Below are positions 37,110-48,178 of a stretch of DNA of 64,000 nucleotides, piece by piece; position 1 is the first letter of the stretch; each line of letters starts with the position of its first letter. Origin of the DNA: Cloacibacterium rupense (lineage in GTDB: Bacteria; Bacteroidota; Bacteroidia; Flavobacteriales; Weeksellaceae); contig NZ_BMLV01000001.1 in the NCBI RefSeq assembly GCF_014645495.1, forward strand, positions 291,996-355,995, in the 5' to 3' direction. The position numbers and the translations under genes were made by a program. Under the pieces are notes generated by a model. The model worked only from the letters and a program-made list of their open reading frames with translations. It searched no databases and was not told where the DNA came from.

Positions 37110-37799
37110 ATGGAATTTCAAAGTACATTAGTTTCTCAATCTTCAGAGATTGAAAAAGCAGAATTTTACAAAAAAACTTATTTACACGTTGGCTTAGCAA
37201 TCTTAGCATTTGCCGGACTAGAGTATCTATTATTATTTAACATCCCAGAGGATTATATCATTGCGATGGTTTCTAACAGAATCTCATGGTTGTTTATTTT
37301 AGGACTGTTTTGGTTAGGTTCTACATTGGCTAATAAATGGACGCTTTCTCAGAGTAAAAATGTTCAATATCTAGGACTGTTATTTTATATAGTTTTAGAA
37401 GCGGTGATTTTCTTACCATTAATTTATATGGCTATTGTCTATACTAACGGAATAGAAGTGCTGAAGCAGGCTGCTATTATGACAGGGATGTTATTTGCGG
37501 GATTAACCGCTCTAGCTTTTTTCAGCAATAGAGATTTTTCTTTCTTGAAAAATGTAATTGTTATTGGTGGTTTTTTAGCTTTAGGTTTAATTGTTGTTGC
37601 TGCAATTTTTGGATTTAATCTTGGGCTATGGTTCTCTTTGGGAATGGTGATTTTAGCCTCTGCTAGTATATTATATGAAACCCAAAAATTAAAAGATGTT
37701 TACACACCTAATCAGTATGTAGGAGCTTCTTTGCAATTATTTGCTTCAATCATGCTATTGTTTTGGTATATTTTGAGAATTTTATCAAGTAGAAAATAA
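37110..37799 (+). CDS. Bax inhibitor-1/YccA family membrane protein
   Basis: 229 aa with seven hydrophobic helices. BI-1-like N-terminus (…FYKKTYLHVGLAILAFAGLEY). Confidence 0.75.
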   Translation: MEFQSTLVSQSSEIEKAEFYKKTYLHVGLAILAFAGLEYLLLFNIPEDYIIAMVSNRISWLFILGLFWLGSTLANKWTLSQSKNVQYLGLLFYIVLEAVIFLPLIYMAIVYTNGIEVLKQAAIMTGMLFAGLTALAFFSNRDFSFLKNVIVIGGFLALGLIVVAAIFGFNLGLWFSLGMVILASASILYETQKLKDVYTPNQYVGASLQLFASIMLLFWYILRILSSRK

Positions 37800-37832
37800 A
37801 ATACTAATTATTTATTATAGAAAATCCAGATG

Positions 37833-38147
37833 TTACAATCTGGATTTTTTTGTGTTTAATTCTGTAATAAAAATCATCACCGTCTCACCGAATCTAGCAG
37901 CTATTCTTTCAGAAATATTCAACAATTCTGTCTCGGTGAATTCTTTTCTTTTTTGGTCATTCTCGAAAATCAAAAGTAAATTGGTGTTTTTTCCTTCGGT
38001 TAGCATTTCAGACTTTACCTCCGACAAAATATATTTTTCTACATCGTATAGATTCTCTATCATTAAGGCTAATTCTGTGTCTACATATTGATTCCAGTTT
38101 TCTATCTGGCTTTCTACCGTGTGAAAGGTGATGCTTAGAATGCTCAT
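37833..38147 (-). CDS. DUF4286-family protein
   Basis: 104 aa. MSILSITFHTVESQIENWNQYV… resembles DUF4286 proteins of Bacteroidota. Confidence 0.5.
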   Translation of the reverse strand: MSILSITFHTVESQIENWNQYVDTELALMIENLYDVEKYILSEVKSEMLTEGKNTNLLLIFENDQKRKEFTETELLNISERIAARFGETVMIFITELNTKKSRL

Positions 38148-38188
38148 TTTTCTTATTTTTGAAAATTATTTTACAAAAATACTTAAAA

Positions 38189-38560
38189 ATGACTAAAGGT
38201 TTTTTCACGATACTACTTTTATTAATTTCAAATGTTTTTATGACTTTTGCTTGGTATGGTCATCTCAAATTTCAAGAATGGGGCTGGATGAAGAAATCTG
38301 TACTTTGGTCTGTAATCTTAATTAGTTGGGGGTTTGCATTGTTTGAATATATTTTCCAGGTTCCTGCCAATAGAATTGGGTTTAAGGAAAATGGAGGCCC
38401 TTTCTCTTTGTTTCAATTAAAAATTATTCAAGAGGTCATTACACTCACCGTATTCACTGTTTTTGCCATTCTATTTTTTAAAACAGAAAGTTTTAAATGG
38501 AATCATCTAGCAGCTTTTGTGTGCCTCATTCTAGCGGTTTATTTTGTTTTCAGAAAGTAG
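38189..38560 (+). CDS. DMT-superfamily small membrane protein (DUF486)
   Basis: The start was moved to MTKGFFTILLLLISNVFMTFAWYGHLKF. Four TM helices. Confidence 0.6.
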   Translation: MTKGFFTILLLLISNVFMTFAWYGHLKFQEWGWMKKSVLWSVILISWGFALFEYIFQVPANRIGFKENGGPFSLFQLKIIQEVITLTVFTVFAILFFKTESFKWNHLAAFVCLILAVYFVFRK

Positions 38561-38789
38561 AATTAATTCAATTTTCTAAAAATAATTCCATTTTCAGAAA
38601 TGAAAAATCATCTTTTATTGATGATTAAAAAAACTTGAAAAAAATCATATTTGTGGATAATAATTTCAGGGAAAACTTGGGAGATTTTCGGGTATTTTTC
38701 GTATATTCGTGCGTTATTTGAAAATGAAAAATTAAGAAGTCAATTGTCATGTTTAATCGGTTGATTTCCATTTAATTAAAAAATAAAAT

Positions 38790-41369
38790 ATGCATAAAGA
38801 AGGAGAAAGACTTATTCCTATCAACATTGTTGATGAAATGAAAACGTCTTACATAGATTATTCTATGTCGGTAATTGTGTCTAGAGCGTTACCAGATGTA
38901 AGAGACGGCCTCAAACCTGTACACAGAAGAGTTTTGTATGGTATGTATGGTTTAGGCGTTTTTTCTAACAGAAAATACTTGAAATCTGCGAGAATTGTTG
39001 GGGATGTTTTAGGTAAATACCATCCTCACGGTGACTCTTCAGTTTATGATGCTATGGTAAGAATGGCACAACCATGGAGTTTACGTTATCCTCAGGTTGA
39101 CGGACAAGGGAACTTCGGGTCTATGGATGGTGATCCACCTGCTGCAATGCGTTATACCGAAGCCAGACTAAAGAAAATTTCAGACGAAATTCTTTCTGAT
39201 TTAGATAAAGAAACAGTAGATTTTCAAAATAACTTTGACGATTCCCTTACCGAACCAAAAGTTTTACCTACTAAAATCCCTAATTTATTAGTAAATGGTA
39301 CTTCTGGTATTGCAGTAGGTATGGCAACCAACATGGCGCCACATAATTTGTCTGAATCTATAGATGCTATTTGTGCTTATATAGACAACAGAGAAATTAC
39401 AATTGATGAGCTAATGAAACACATCATTGCTCCAGATTTCCCAACAGGTGGTATTATCTATGGTTATGACGGGGTGAGAGATGCCTTCCATACAGGTAGA
39501 GGTAGAATTGTGTTAAGAGCCAAAGTAAGTTTCGAAGAAGTACACAATAGAAATGCCATCATTGTTACTGAAATTCCTTACCAAGTCAATAAAGCAGAGA
39601 TGATTGCCAGAACTGCAGAATTGGTGAAAGATGATAAAATACCTGGAATTTATGAAATTCGTGATGAATCTGATAGAAACGGACTTCGAGTTGTTTACGA
39701 ATTGAAAAATGACGCCATCCCAAATGTAGTTCTTAATTTATTATATAAATATACTTCGCTTCAAACTTCTTTCTCTGTTAATAATATTGCATTGGTAAAA
39801 GGTAGACCAGAGCAATTGAACTTGAAGGATATCATCCATCATTTCGTAGACCACAGACACGAAGTAATTGTAAGAAGAACTCAGTACGAACTAAGAAAAG
39901 CACAAGAAAGAGCACATATCTTAGAAGGCTTTATGAAGGTGATTGGTTCTCAAGAATCTTTGGATAAAGCAATTGCCATCATCCGTCATTCTGCCAATCC
40001 TCAGGAAGCGAAAGAAGGCTTAATTGCAGAATTCGAACTTTCTGAAATCCAAGCTCAAGCCATTCTAGACCTAAGACTAGCACGTCTTACCGGAATGGAA
40101 CTAGATAAAATCCGTGCTGAATACGAAGAAATAATGGCTCTCATCAAAGATTTAGAAGATATCCTTTCTAATGAACCTAGAAGATACCAAATCATAAAAG
40201 ACGAACTTCTAGAGATTAAAGCGAAATACGGAGATGAAAGACGTTCAGAAATAGATTATTCTGGTGGCGAAATGTCGATAGAAGACCTTATCCCGAATGA
40301 AAAAGTAGTTCTTACCATTTCACACGCAGGTTATATCAAAAGAACACCTCTTTCTGAATACAAAATACAAAGTAGAGGTGGAGTAGGCAATAGAGCGGCA
40401 ACTACCAGAGACGAAGATTTCTTAGAGTACATCGTTTCTGCAACCAACCATCAATACATGATGTTCTTTACAGAAAAAGGTAAATGTTATTGGTTGAGAG
40501 TTTTCGAAATCCCTGAAGGTTCTAAAACGGCTAAAGGTAGAGCAGTTCAGAATTTAATCAATATCGAACCTGATGATAAAATCAGAGCTTATATTAGAAC
40601 CAATGACCTTAAAGATGCAGAGTACGTAAATTCTATGTATCTGGTGATGGTAACTAAAAAAGGTATTATCAAGAAAACTTCTCTTGAACAATATTCTAGA
40701 CCAAGAGTTAATGGTATCAATGCCATCGAAATCAGAGAAGATGACCAATTGTTAGAAGCAAAATTAACAACGGGTAACTCTGAAATTATGATCGCTACCA
40801 GAGGTGGTAAGTGTATCCGTTTCCCAGAAGAAAAAGTAAGAGCCGTGGGCAGAACTTCTATCGGAGTGCGTGGAGTAGACCTTTCTGATGGAGATGAAGT
40901 AATTGGTATGATTGTTGTCAATGATATGGAAAAAGAATCTGTATTGGTTGTTTCTGAGAGAGGATATGGTAAACGTACCGCTGTAGAAGATTATAGAATT
41001 ACCAACAGAGGTGGAAAAGGCGTGATTACACTCAACATTACCGAAAAAACAGGTGACCTTATCGCTATACAATCTGTAACTGATGAAGATGGTCTAATGA
41101 TTATCAATAAATCTGGAGTGGCCATTAGAATGGGCTTAGATGCCCTTAGAATAATGGGAAGAAATACGCAAGGGGTGAAATTGATTAATCTTAAAGCAAA
41201 TGATGAAATTGCTGCCGTAGCCAAGGTAACAATGGATAAAGATGTAGAAGACGAAGAATCTGAACTAAATGCTGAAGCGGAAAATACTGATGCAATAGCA
41301 TCAACATCCACCGATACAGAAGAAACCAAAGATTCTAAGGAGGATACTTTACAAAACGACGAAGAATAA
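38790..41369 (+). CDS. gyrA: DNA gyrase subunit A
   Basis: 859 aa. Active-site region and QRDR (…[17 protein letters not shown]…), and C-terminal beta-pinwheel repeats with an acidic tail. Confidence 0.95.
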   Translation: MHKEGERLIPINIVDEMKTSYIDYSMSVIVSRALPDVRDGLKPVHRRVLYGMYGLGVFSNRKYLKSARIVGDVLGKYHPHGDSSVYDAMVRMAQPWSLRYPQVDGQGNFGSMDGDPPAAMRYTEARLKKISDEILSDLDKETVDFQNNFDDSLTEPKVLPTKIPNLLVNGTSGIAVGMATNMAPHNLSESIDAICAYIDNREITIDELMKHIIAPDFPTGGIIYGYDGVRDAFHTGRGRIVLRAKVSFEEVHNRNAIIVTEIPYQVNKAEMIARTAELVKDDKIPGIYEIRDESDRNGLRVVYELKNDAIPNVVLNLLYKYTSLQTSFSVNNIALVKGRPEQLNLKDIIHHFVDHRHEVIVRRTQYELRKAQERAHILEGFMKVIGSQESLDKAIAIIRHSANPQEAKEGLIAEFELSEIQAQAILDLRLARLTGMELDKIRAEYEEIMALIKDLEDILSNEPRRYQIIKDELLEIKAKYGDERRSEIDYSGGEMSIEDLIPNEKVVLTISHAGYIKRTPLSEYKIQSRGGVGNRAATTRDEDFLEYIVSATNHQYMMFFTEKGKCYWLRVFEIPEGSKTAKGRAVQNLINIEPDDKIRAYIRTNDLKDAEYVNSMYLVMVTKKGIIKKTSLEQYSRPRVNGINAIEIREDDQLLEAKLTTGNSEIMIATRGGKCIRFPEEKVRAVGRTSIGVRGVDLSDGDEVIGMIVVNDMEKESVLVVSERGYGKRTAVEDYRITNRGGKGVITLNITEKTGDLIAIQSVTDEDGLMIINKSGVAIRMGLDALRIMGRNTQGVKLINLKANDEIAAVAKVTMDKDVEDEESELNAEAENTDAIASTSTDTEETKDSKEDTLQNDEE

Positions 41370-41432
41370 TAATTATATTTACAAAGGACAAGTCGTGGCT
41401 TGTCCTTTTTCATTAAAATCAAATTTAGCGTT

Positions 41433-42821
41433 ATGAAAAAAATAATTTTAACTGCAGCAGTTCTTGCTTTCAGTTTTTCATTGGCACAGAAAAAAGAAAT
41501 TGCTAATGCTTTTAAAGCTATTGAATCTGGAGATGTAGCTACCGCTAACTCTCAAATTTCTGCTGCTGAAGCTAGTTTAGGAGGTAAAACCTACTTGCTA
41601 GAGCCTTCAGTGTTAGAACAATATTATTATGCAAAAGGAATTGCTTTATTAAAAGCGGGTAAAACTTCTGAAGGTGCCGAAATTTTAGCAAAAATTAGTG
41701 AATTAGGAAAAGCTAAAATTTACACAGGTAAAAACTCCGAAAAACAAAAAGTGTATTTTGTAGGAAAATCAGAAGCAGATGCATCTGGTGTTACTGGCCT
41801 TAAAGAAGAAACTTATGTTCCTACTACAACTTCTAAAATTGGAAACGAAGTTAATCCTATCCTCAATAAAATAAATGAGGAAACCATGAAGGAGTACAAT
41901 GCCAAAAACTATGCTCAAGCTGGAAAAGGATTTTTAGAAATTCATAACCTATTAAAAGCAGCCGGAAGCGAAGATAAAGTTTACAAGTATTATGCTGCAT
42001 TGGCTTTTGCACAAGGAAATATTGCTGATGAGTCTTCTAAATTATTCAAAGAATTGATTGATGAAGGGTATACTGGTGTAAAATCTGAATACAAAGCCAA
42101 AAATAAAAAATCAGGACAAGTAGAATCTCTTGATAAAAATACTTTTGACCTTTATAAAAAAATGGGGGCTACATCAGAATATACTGATTTTAAAGAAGAA
42201 AAAACCCCTAGTGTTGAACAAGAATTGTATGAAACGGCTGCTGCTTTATACATAGATGCTCAAAAATATGATGATGCTTTAAATATCATCGAAAAAGGAT
42301 TAGTAAAATTTCCGAAAAGTTCTAAACTTTCTGAACAAAAAGGAACAACTTACTATAAATCTGGTAAAATGGACCAGTTCATGTCTAACCTAAAAGAACA
42401 AGTAGCCAAAGACCCTACCGATAAAGTAAGCTGGTATAATCTAGGTGTTTTAGCAAGTAAAGACCCTTCTAAAATGGCAGAAGCTGAAGGTTATTTTAAA
42501 AAATCCTTAGAAATTGACCCTACCTATAAAGAGGCTTTACAAGGAGTGATTTTTAATATCTATATTAATGGAGATGATAAAGCCATTGAAGCTATAGATG
42601 CTGCCAGAAAAGCAAAAAAAACAGAATTGTTTAACAAACTCCTTGCCGAAAGAAGAGATAGATTTGCTAAAGCTCTTCCTTATGCTGAAAAATGGTATGC
42701 TTTAGATTCTAAAAATTTAGAAGTAGTTTCACTTTTAAAAGGACTTTATCAAACCGCTCATAATGATGCTAAATTCCAAGAAATGAAAGCTGTAGAAGCA
42801 GCTCTCAAAGCGGGTAAATAA
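41433..42821 (+). CDS. TPR-repeat lipoprotein, hypothetical
   Basis: The start was moved to MKKIILTAAVLAFSFSLAQ. Repeated TPR-like AxxxY/G patterns. The gene overlaps nothing. Confidence 0.55.
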   Translation: MKKIILTAAVLAFSFSLAQKKEIANAFKAIESGDVATANSQISAAEASLGGKTYLLEPSVLEQYYYAKGIALLKAGKTSEGAEILAKISELGKAKIYTGKNSEKQKVYFVGKSEADASGVTGLKEETYVPTTTSKIGNEVNPILNKINEETMKEYNAKNYAQAGKGFLEIHNLLKAAGSEDKVYKYYAALAFAQGNIADESSKLFKELIDEGYTGVKSEYKAKNKKSGQVESLDKNTFDLYKKMGATSEYTDFKEEKTPSVEQELYETAAALYIDAQKYDDALNIIEKGLVKFPKSSKLSEQKGTTYYKSGKMDQFMSNLKEQVAKDPTDKVSWYNLGVLASKDPSKMAEAEGYFKKSLEIDPTYKEALQGVIFNIYINGDDKAIEAIDAARKAKKTELFNKLLAERRDRFAKALPYAEKWYALDSKNLEVVSLLKGLYQTAHNDAKFQEMKAVEAALKAGK

Positions 42822-42873
42822 TTCTTTTATAAATAGTATTTTTAATAAAAAGTTCTGATGTTTTCAGAACTTT

Positions 42874-43527
42874 TTATTTTTTGGTAATCAAAAGTTTTTC
42901 GCAAACCATTTTACTCATAGATTCTTTTTTTGAGTCATAGCTTATCGTAAAAGAAGAATCAAATTTTTCTATGGATAAAATTTCTATCTCTTTTCCTAAT
43001 GACAACTCTCTTTGATTCAGATAATTTAAAAAATCATCTGTAGAGATGGTTACAGAACGCAGAATCACAACATCTCCTATTTTGCATTCACTGAGTTTTT
43101 TAAAGTTTTGATTGATAATGTTACCATCCTTATCAGGAATGGGTTCACCATGGGGGTCTATTTTGGGGTAATTCAATAATTCATCCATCTTATCAAAAAA
43201 AATCTCAGAATGTAGATGTTCTAGTTGTTCTGCAATTTCATGTACATTTTCCCAACCAAATCCCATCTTTTCTACCAAAAACATCTCTGTAAGTCTATGT
43301 TTTCTTACAACTATGGCAGATTCTTTCATTCCAGATTCTGTAACTTTTATCGGTTTGTAAGTCTCATAGATCACCCAATTTTTATCCGCAAACTTCTTCA
43401 TCATGCTATTCACTGATGGCATTTTAATGTTTAAAAACTTACTCAGCTCATTTACGGTAACTTGATTTTCAGCATCCATTAAATGAAAAATAGCTTTTAG
43501 ATAATTTTCTTCTGTTAAAGAGTTCAT
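42874..43527 (-). CDS. DtxR/MntR-family metal-dependent transcriptional regulator with a C-terminal FeoA-like domain
   Basis: The preferred start is MNSLTEENYLKAIFHLM (the DtxR N-terminal HTH pattern). The track start at 43563 is preceded by only 13 nt and a hairpin plus T-run. Metal-binding and dimerisation region present. The C-terminus is SH3-like (FeoA). Confidence 0.7.
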   Translation of the reverse strand: MNSLTEENYLKAIFHLMDAENQVTVNELSKFLNIKMPSVNSMMKKFADKNWVIYETYKPIKVTESGMKESAIVVRKHRLTEMFLVEKMGFGWENVHEIAEQLEHLHSEIFFDKMDELLNYPKIDPHGEPIPDKDGNIINQNFKKLSECKIGDVVILRSVTISTDDFLNYLNQRELSLGKEIEILSIEKFDSSFTISYDSKKESMSKMVCEKLLITKK

Positions 43528-43761
43528 GTTGTTGTTAGATGAATTAATTTTCAAATCTAACATTATTTTTTAACATAAAAAAACCTCCAATTTTCATTGG
43601 AGGTAAAAACTAATAACCATGAAAACTCAAATTAAACATGAGAATCGTTATTATTATTACAAATAACGTGCCAAAAAGAAAATGGCGTCTCGTTGAATAA
43701 GTTTCCATTGCAAAACTACAAAAAAAAATATTACATTTGCAAAAAAAATTTAAAAAAAATT

Positions 43762-44181
43762 ATGTCAAGTAACATTACATTTACAATGATTAAGCCAGAT
43801 GCGGTTGCTGATGGCCACATTGGGGCGATTTTAGAAATGATTTCTAATGCAGGATTTAAATTCAAAGCTTTAAAATTAACTCAACTTACCGTAGCAGATG
43901 CTAAAAAATTCTATGAAATTCACGCAGAAAGACCTTTCTATGGAGAATTGGTAGATTTTATGTCTTCAGGTCCTATTGTAGCTGCCGTTTTAGAAAAAGA
44001 AAATGCAGTAGAGGATTTCAGAAAATTAATTGGCGCTACCAATCCAGCAGAAGCTGCTGAAGGGACGATTAGAAAAAAATATGCAAGAAGTGTAGGAGAA
44101 AATGCAGTACACGGTTCTGATTCTGATGAAAATGCTTTGATAGAAGCTACTTTCCATTTTTCTGGAAGAGAGATTTTTTAA
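43762..44181 (+). CDS. ndk: Nucleoside diphosphate kinase
   Basis: The start was moved to [15 protein letters not shown]. Active-site NAVHGSDS. Confidence 0.9.
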   Translation: MSSNITFTMIKPDAVADGHIGAILEMISNAGFKFKALKLTQLTVADAKKFYEIHAERPFYGELVDFMSSGPIVAAVLEKENAVEDFRKLIGATNPAEAAEGTIRKKYARSVGENAVHGSDSDENALIEATFHFSGREIF

Positions 44182-44229
44182 TAAATTTCAACACATAAAA
44201 TAAAAAAGTTCGAGAATTTCTCGAACTTT

Positions 44230-44502
44230 TTACTTTTTATCCTTCATAGCATCATCTATATCTGGCGATGCACTTATTCTTGAAATAAATTCTGTTGTTC
44301 CTTTAGTTTTTGCAATTTTATTGGCAAATTTTATTCCTAAAATAATTCCACTAATTGTGAAAAAACCAAATAAAAAGCTACTTTCTAAATAATATTTGCA
44401 GGCATAACCAATTGCAAGCCCAATAATAGTAGGAGAGGCAACGATTTCTATCCAATAAATGGCATCTATTAATTTTTCAAAAATAGTCTTTTTATTTTCC
44501 AT
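44230..44502 (-). CDS. Small membrane protein, hypothetical
   Basis: 90 aa, two hydrophobic helices. Confidence 0.35.
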   Translation of the reverse strand: MENKKTIFEKLIDAIYWIEIVASPTIIGLAIGYACKYYLESSFLFGFFTISGIILGIKFANKIAKTKGTTEFISRISASPDIDDAMKDKK

Positions 44503-44511
44503 TTTTTTAGA

Positions 44512-45162
44512 TTAAACTTTCAACAGTTCAATGGTTCTTTCAGGATTTTCACTCGCAAAAACAGCATTTCCTGCTACCAAAACATCTGCACCGGCATCGA
44601 AAAGTTTTGCCGCATTTTCTGTATTCACACCACCGTCTATTTCAATTAAAGCAGTAGAATTATTTTCAAGAATCAATTCTTTGGTTTCTCTGATTTTTTT
44701 ATAAGTATTTTCAATAAATTTTTGTCCACCAAATCCTGGGTTTACGCTCATCAAAAGTACCAAGTCAACTTCTGTAATAATATCTTCTAAAACCCAAACC
44801 GGAGTAGAAGGATTAAGCACCACACCAGCTTTGGCCCCTTTATCTTGAATAAAATTGATGGTTCTGTGTAGATGCGTGCACGCTTCGTAATGTACAGAAA
44901 CCAAGTCTGCTCCGTAATTGATAAATTCTTCTACATATTTTTCTGGCTCTACAATCATCAAGTGCACATCTATGAATTTTTTGGCATGTTGATGAATGGT
45001 TTTCATCACAGGAAAACCAAATGAAATGTTGGGCACAAATCTACCATCCATTACATCTACATGAAACCAATCTGCAGCAGATTGATTGATCATTTCGATA
45101 TCGCGTTGTAAATTCCCGAAATCTGCTGCTAAAACAGAGGGGGCAATGAGTTTTGTTTTCAT
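44512..45162 (-). CDS. rpe: Ribulose-phosphate 3-epimerase
   Basis: 216 aa. MKTKLIAPSVLAADF…HVDVMDG…DVHLMIV… are conserved Rpe motifs. Confidence 0.9.
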   Translation of the reverse strand: MKTKLIAPSVLAADFGNLQRDIEMINQSAADWFHVDVMDGRFVPNISFGFPVMKTIHQHAKKFIDVHLMIVEPEKYVEEFINYGADLVSVHYEACTHLHRTINFIQDKGAKAGVVLNPSTPVWVLEDIITEVDLVLLMSVNPGFGGQKFIENTYKKIRETKELILENNSTALIEIDGGVNTENAAKLFDAGADVLVAGNAVFASENPERTIELLKV

Positions 45163-45163
45163 T

Positions 45164-45592
45164 TTATTTTTTACTTTCTATAATTGTTGTTTTTGCAAAT
45201 AGATCTCCAATTCTTTGTCCTCTTTCAGAGTTTTTAATATTAATATATGCTGGTAATCCGAAAAAAGAAAAATCGATAAAATCTAGTAAATGTCTTTTGA
45301 AAGAATGTTTAATCTCAATTTTTTTGTTATTAATTTGAATTACTTTTAAATCTAATAAATAATGTCCCAAACTTGCTTTTAAAATAGATTCGGTAACTAC
45401 AAAATAAATTATCCAAAATAAAAAGATTGGTAATGCTTTAAAACCTGAAACATAGTATGCATCTTCATCATTTTTATCACCAAAATAGATAAGATAAAAA
45501 AGACAAAAGGTAAAATAGATTAAATAATCTAATAAAAAAGCAAAAATTCTTTTTCTTAAAATTTTTGATTTCATTTGCTTAATACATGACAA
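45164..45592 (-). CDS. RDD-family membrane protein
   Basis: 142 aa. RDD-like pattern with two TM helices (…RQRIGDLFAKTTII). Confidence 0.55.
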   Translation of the reverse strand: MSCIKQMKSKILRKRIFAFLLDYLIYFTFCLFYLIYFGDKNDEDAYYVSGFKALPIFLFWIIYFVVTESILKASLGHYLLDLKVIQINNKKIEIKHSFKRHLLDFIDFSFFGLPAYINIKNSERGQRIGDLFAKTTIIESKK

Positions 45593-45615
45593 TTTTTAAA
45601 ATAATGTCTTAACCG

Positions 45616-45730
45616 CAAAAGTGACAAAATTTTTTTTACCTATAAGCAATACAAAAGTAAAAAAAGTAAAATATTTCGCTTTTTTTACTTTTGAAACACT
45701 TGTTTTCAATCATTTCTTTTGTCACTTTTG
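45616..45730. repeat. Nested inverted-repeat element: an outer 14-bp IR flanking an inner 15-bp perfect IR hairpin
   Basis: Outer pair: caaaagtgacaaaa at 45616..45629 with ttttgtcacttttg at 45717..45730. Inner pair: caaaagtaaaaaaag at 45652..45666 with ctttttttacttttg at 45679..45693. The inner loop taaaatatttcg resembles the loop of the adjacent rpoD terminator. Confidence 0.5.
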
Positions 45731-45788
45731 TGGTTTATGAATTTTTGTACTAAATTTCATTTGTTAAGAAATTGATTTCTTTTTAAAT

Positions 45789-45820
45789 AAAAAAGTGGCG
45801 AAAATATTTCGCCACTTTTT
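45789..45820 (-). terminator. Rho-independent terminator of rpoD
   Basis: Hairpin aaaaagtggcgaaaatatttcgccacttttt with a GC stem and flanking A/T runs. Confidence 0.7.
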
Positions 45821-45854
45821 GCTAAATGCTAGTAGCTATAAGCTATCAGCTAAA

Positions 45855-46721
45855 TTATTTACCTAGGTAAGATTTCAAGATTTTGCTTCTAGAGTTGTGT
45901 TTCAATCTCTTAATGGCTTTTTCTTTAATCTGTCTTACTCTTTCTCTGGTTAAATCAAATGTTTCGCCTATTTCTTCTAAAGTCATAGGATGTTTTCCGT
46001 TTAATCCGAAATACAATCTTACCAAATCAGCTTCTCTTGGAGTAAGCGTTTGTAATGCTCTTTCAATCTCGATTTGTAGAGATTCTAGCATCAAATCTTT
46101 ATCAGGACTTGGTGATTCTCCCGAACGTAAAACATCATACAAGTTAGAATCTTCTCCTTCTACCAATGGTGCATCCATAGAAAGGTGACGACCACTGTTT
46201 TTCATAGATTCTTTAATGTCTTCTTCGCTCATGTCTAGAACTTCTGCCAATTCTTCTGGTGAAGGTGGTCTCTCATTTTCTTGTTCTAAGTGGGCATAAG
46301 CTTTGTTGATTTTGTTGATAGAACCAATTTTGTTTAATGGTAGCCTTACAATTCTAGATTGCTCTGCTAGAGCTTGTAGAATAGATTGTCTAATCCACCA
46401 AACTGCATAAGAAATAAATTTGAAACCTCTGGTCTCGTCATATCTTTTAGCAGCTTTCATTAATCCTAGGTTTCCTTCGTTAATTAAATCCGGAAGTGAT
46501 AAACCTTGGTTTTGGTATTGCTTAGAAACTGATACCACGAAACGCAAATTTGCTTTAATTAATTTCTCTAAAGCCGCTCTATCACCCGCTCTAATGCGCT
46601 GTGCTAAATCTACTTCTTCATCTGCGGTGATGAGTTCTACCTTACCAATTTCTTGTAAGTACTTGTCTAGAGAAGCGGTTTCTCTATTCGTAACTTGTTT
46701 TGTAATTTTAAGCTGTCTCAT
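45855..46721 (-). CDS. rpoD: Primary RNA polymerase sigma factor RpoD (short Bacteroidota form)
   Basis: 288 aa. Region 2.4 [10 protein letters not shown], region 3, and region 4.2 [28 protein letters not shown]. It lacks region 1.1, as in Bacteroidota sigma A. Confidence 0.9.
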   Translation of the reverse strand: MRQLKITKQVTNRETASLDKYLQEIGKVELITADEEVDLAQRIRAGDRAALEKLIKANLRFVVSVSKQYQNQGLSLPDLINEGNLGLMKAAKRYDETRGFKFISYAVWWIRQSILQALAEQSRIVRLPLNKIGSINKINKAYAHLEQENERPPSPEELAEVLDMSEEDIKESMKNSGRHLSMDAPLVEGEDSNLYDVLRSGESPSPDKDLMLESLQIEIERALQTLTPREADLVRLYFGLNGKHPMTLEEIGETFDLTRERVRQIKEKAIKRLKHNSRSKILKSYLGK

Positions 46722-46855
46722 ATACTATTCTAACTCCTAAATAAGAGTTCTATTTTATTATACGATTATTTCTATAGAAAGGTTACACATTATTTAAAAT
46801 TTCTATAATATTTTTTCTAATTATATTCAATATCTTTGTTTAAAAGAAAAATCAA

Positions 46856-48163
46856 ATGAAGAAATTCGTGTTTTTTTTAACAATCCTTACCTCTATTTTT
46901 TTATTCTCGCAGAATTCTGTAACCAAAATTGTACCATCCACTAAATCTGATGGTTACATCATCAATATTAAAACCCAAAACCTAGCAGGTAAAACCATCA
47001 AACTTTCTATCTATAGCGGAAGTTACAAACAAGCCTATAGAATAGATAGCGTAAAAGTAAAAACCAATTCCGAAACTATTTCATTTAAACAAAAGCAAAA
47101 AATTATTCCTGTAATTTATCAAATGGCAATTTCTGGAAAACCTGCCAAATCTGATATTTTATTGAGCAACGGAAATGTACTAAATTTTGCTTTAAATACT
47201 GATAACGCCAATGAACTAACCACCAATGATGCACTCAATAAATCTTTTTTGGAGTATCAAAAAATGCCCGCATCTGAACAAAAAAATACAGCACTAAAAA
47301 CGCTTCAAGCTAAATTTCCACAAAATGAAGCACTCAAAATTTTTACCCTTTTTGAGCTAAGAAAAACACTAAAAAAACCAAATAATATTGATGGTGCTAC
47401 TTTCAGAAAAAGCCTCTTAAATGGGGTAAATCTTAATGATAAAGCTATTCAGTTAATGCCCAATGCCTATGCTTTTCTTAATAACTTCTTCAGTGCTTTG
47501 CCCATTGATAACGAAAATTATAAATCTGGGGTAGATTTACTTTTAAACAAACAAAACTGTGAGAGCCCTAATTTCAAATTTTATGTAGAATGGATTTTCA
47601 AAAATTTAGAACTTCATCAAACACAGAATATAAATGATACAGCACAATATGTTTTTAATCAATATGTAAATACTAAATCTTGTGTTGAACTACAAAACTC
47701 TTTCTATAATTCTACATTTAAGAAACTATCTTCTTTTACTAAATTGCCTGTTGGTGCAGTTTTGCCAGAGTTTGAGATGAAAAAAATAAATGGCGAGACT
47801 TACCGTTTTTCAGATTTTAAAAATGAGAAAGTAAATATTGTAATGTTCTACGACCCACTTTGCGAACATTGCCAAACCGAAGTGCCTAAATTGACCAAAG
47901 AAATAGAAGAACTAGAAAAAGAAACCAACCAAAAAATAGGTAAATTGGCCATCTTAAACGGTAGTTCTACACTTTGGAAGGATTTTGTAGATAAAAATAA
48001 TTTAAAAGATTGGGTAAATGTAACTTATAAAGAGGGGGATACCAAAACCCAAGAAAATCTAGATGCATTTGCCAATCCTAAATTCTACATTTTGGATAAG
48101 AATGGTAAAATCATCTTAAAAACTTATGGTTATTCTTTTGTTAGAAGCCAACTGTTGAAATAA
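46856..48163 (+). CDS. Secreted thioredoxin-fold (TlpA/AhpC-like) protein with an N-terminal beta-sandwich domain
   Basis: 435 aa with a signal peptide. The C-terminal thioredoxin-like region carries FYDPLCEHCQ (CxxC). Confidence 0.55.
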   Translation: MKKFVFFLTILTSIFLFSQNSVTKIVPSTKSDGYIINIKTQNLAGKTIKLSIYSGSYKQAYRIDSVKVKTNSETISFKQKQKIIPVIYQMAISGKPAKSDILLSNGNVLNFALNTDNANELTTNDALNKSFLEYQKMPASEQKNTALKTLQAKFPQNEALKIFTLFELRKTLKKPNNIDGATFRKSLLNGVNLNDKAIQLMPNAYAFLNNFFSALPIDNENYKSGVDLLLNKQNCESPNFKFYVEWIFKNLELHQTQNINDTAQYVFNQYVNTKSCVELQNSFYNSTFKKLSSFTKLPVGAVLPEFEMKKINGETYRFSDFKNEKVNIVMFYDPLCEHCQTEVPKLTKEIEELEKETNQKIGKLAILNGSSTLWKDFVDKNNLKDWVNVTYKEGDTKTQENLDAFANPKFYILDKNGKIILKTYGYSFVRSQLLK

Positions 48164-48178
48164 ATTTTAAAAATAATA

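Noticed and set aside
40554-41422. Several 60-140-aa minus-strand ORFs inside gyrA, and similar antisense ORFs inside other long genes
   Set aside because: They lie wholly within strongly supported genes on the opposite strand and have no start context.
43693-43761. N-terminal extension of ndk in the track ([23 protein letters not shown]…)
   Set aside because: Ndk starts at the conserved [13 protein letters not shown]. The extension is K/N-rich AT-rich leader sequence.
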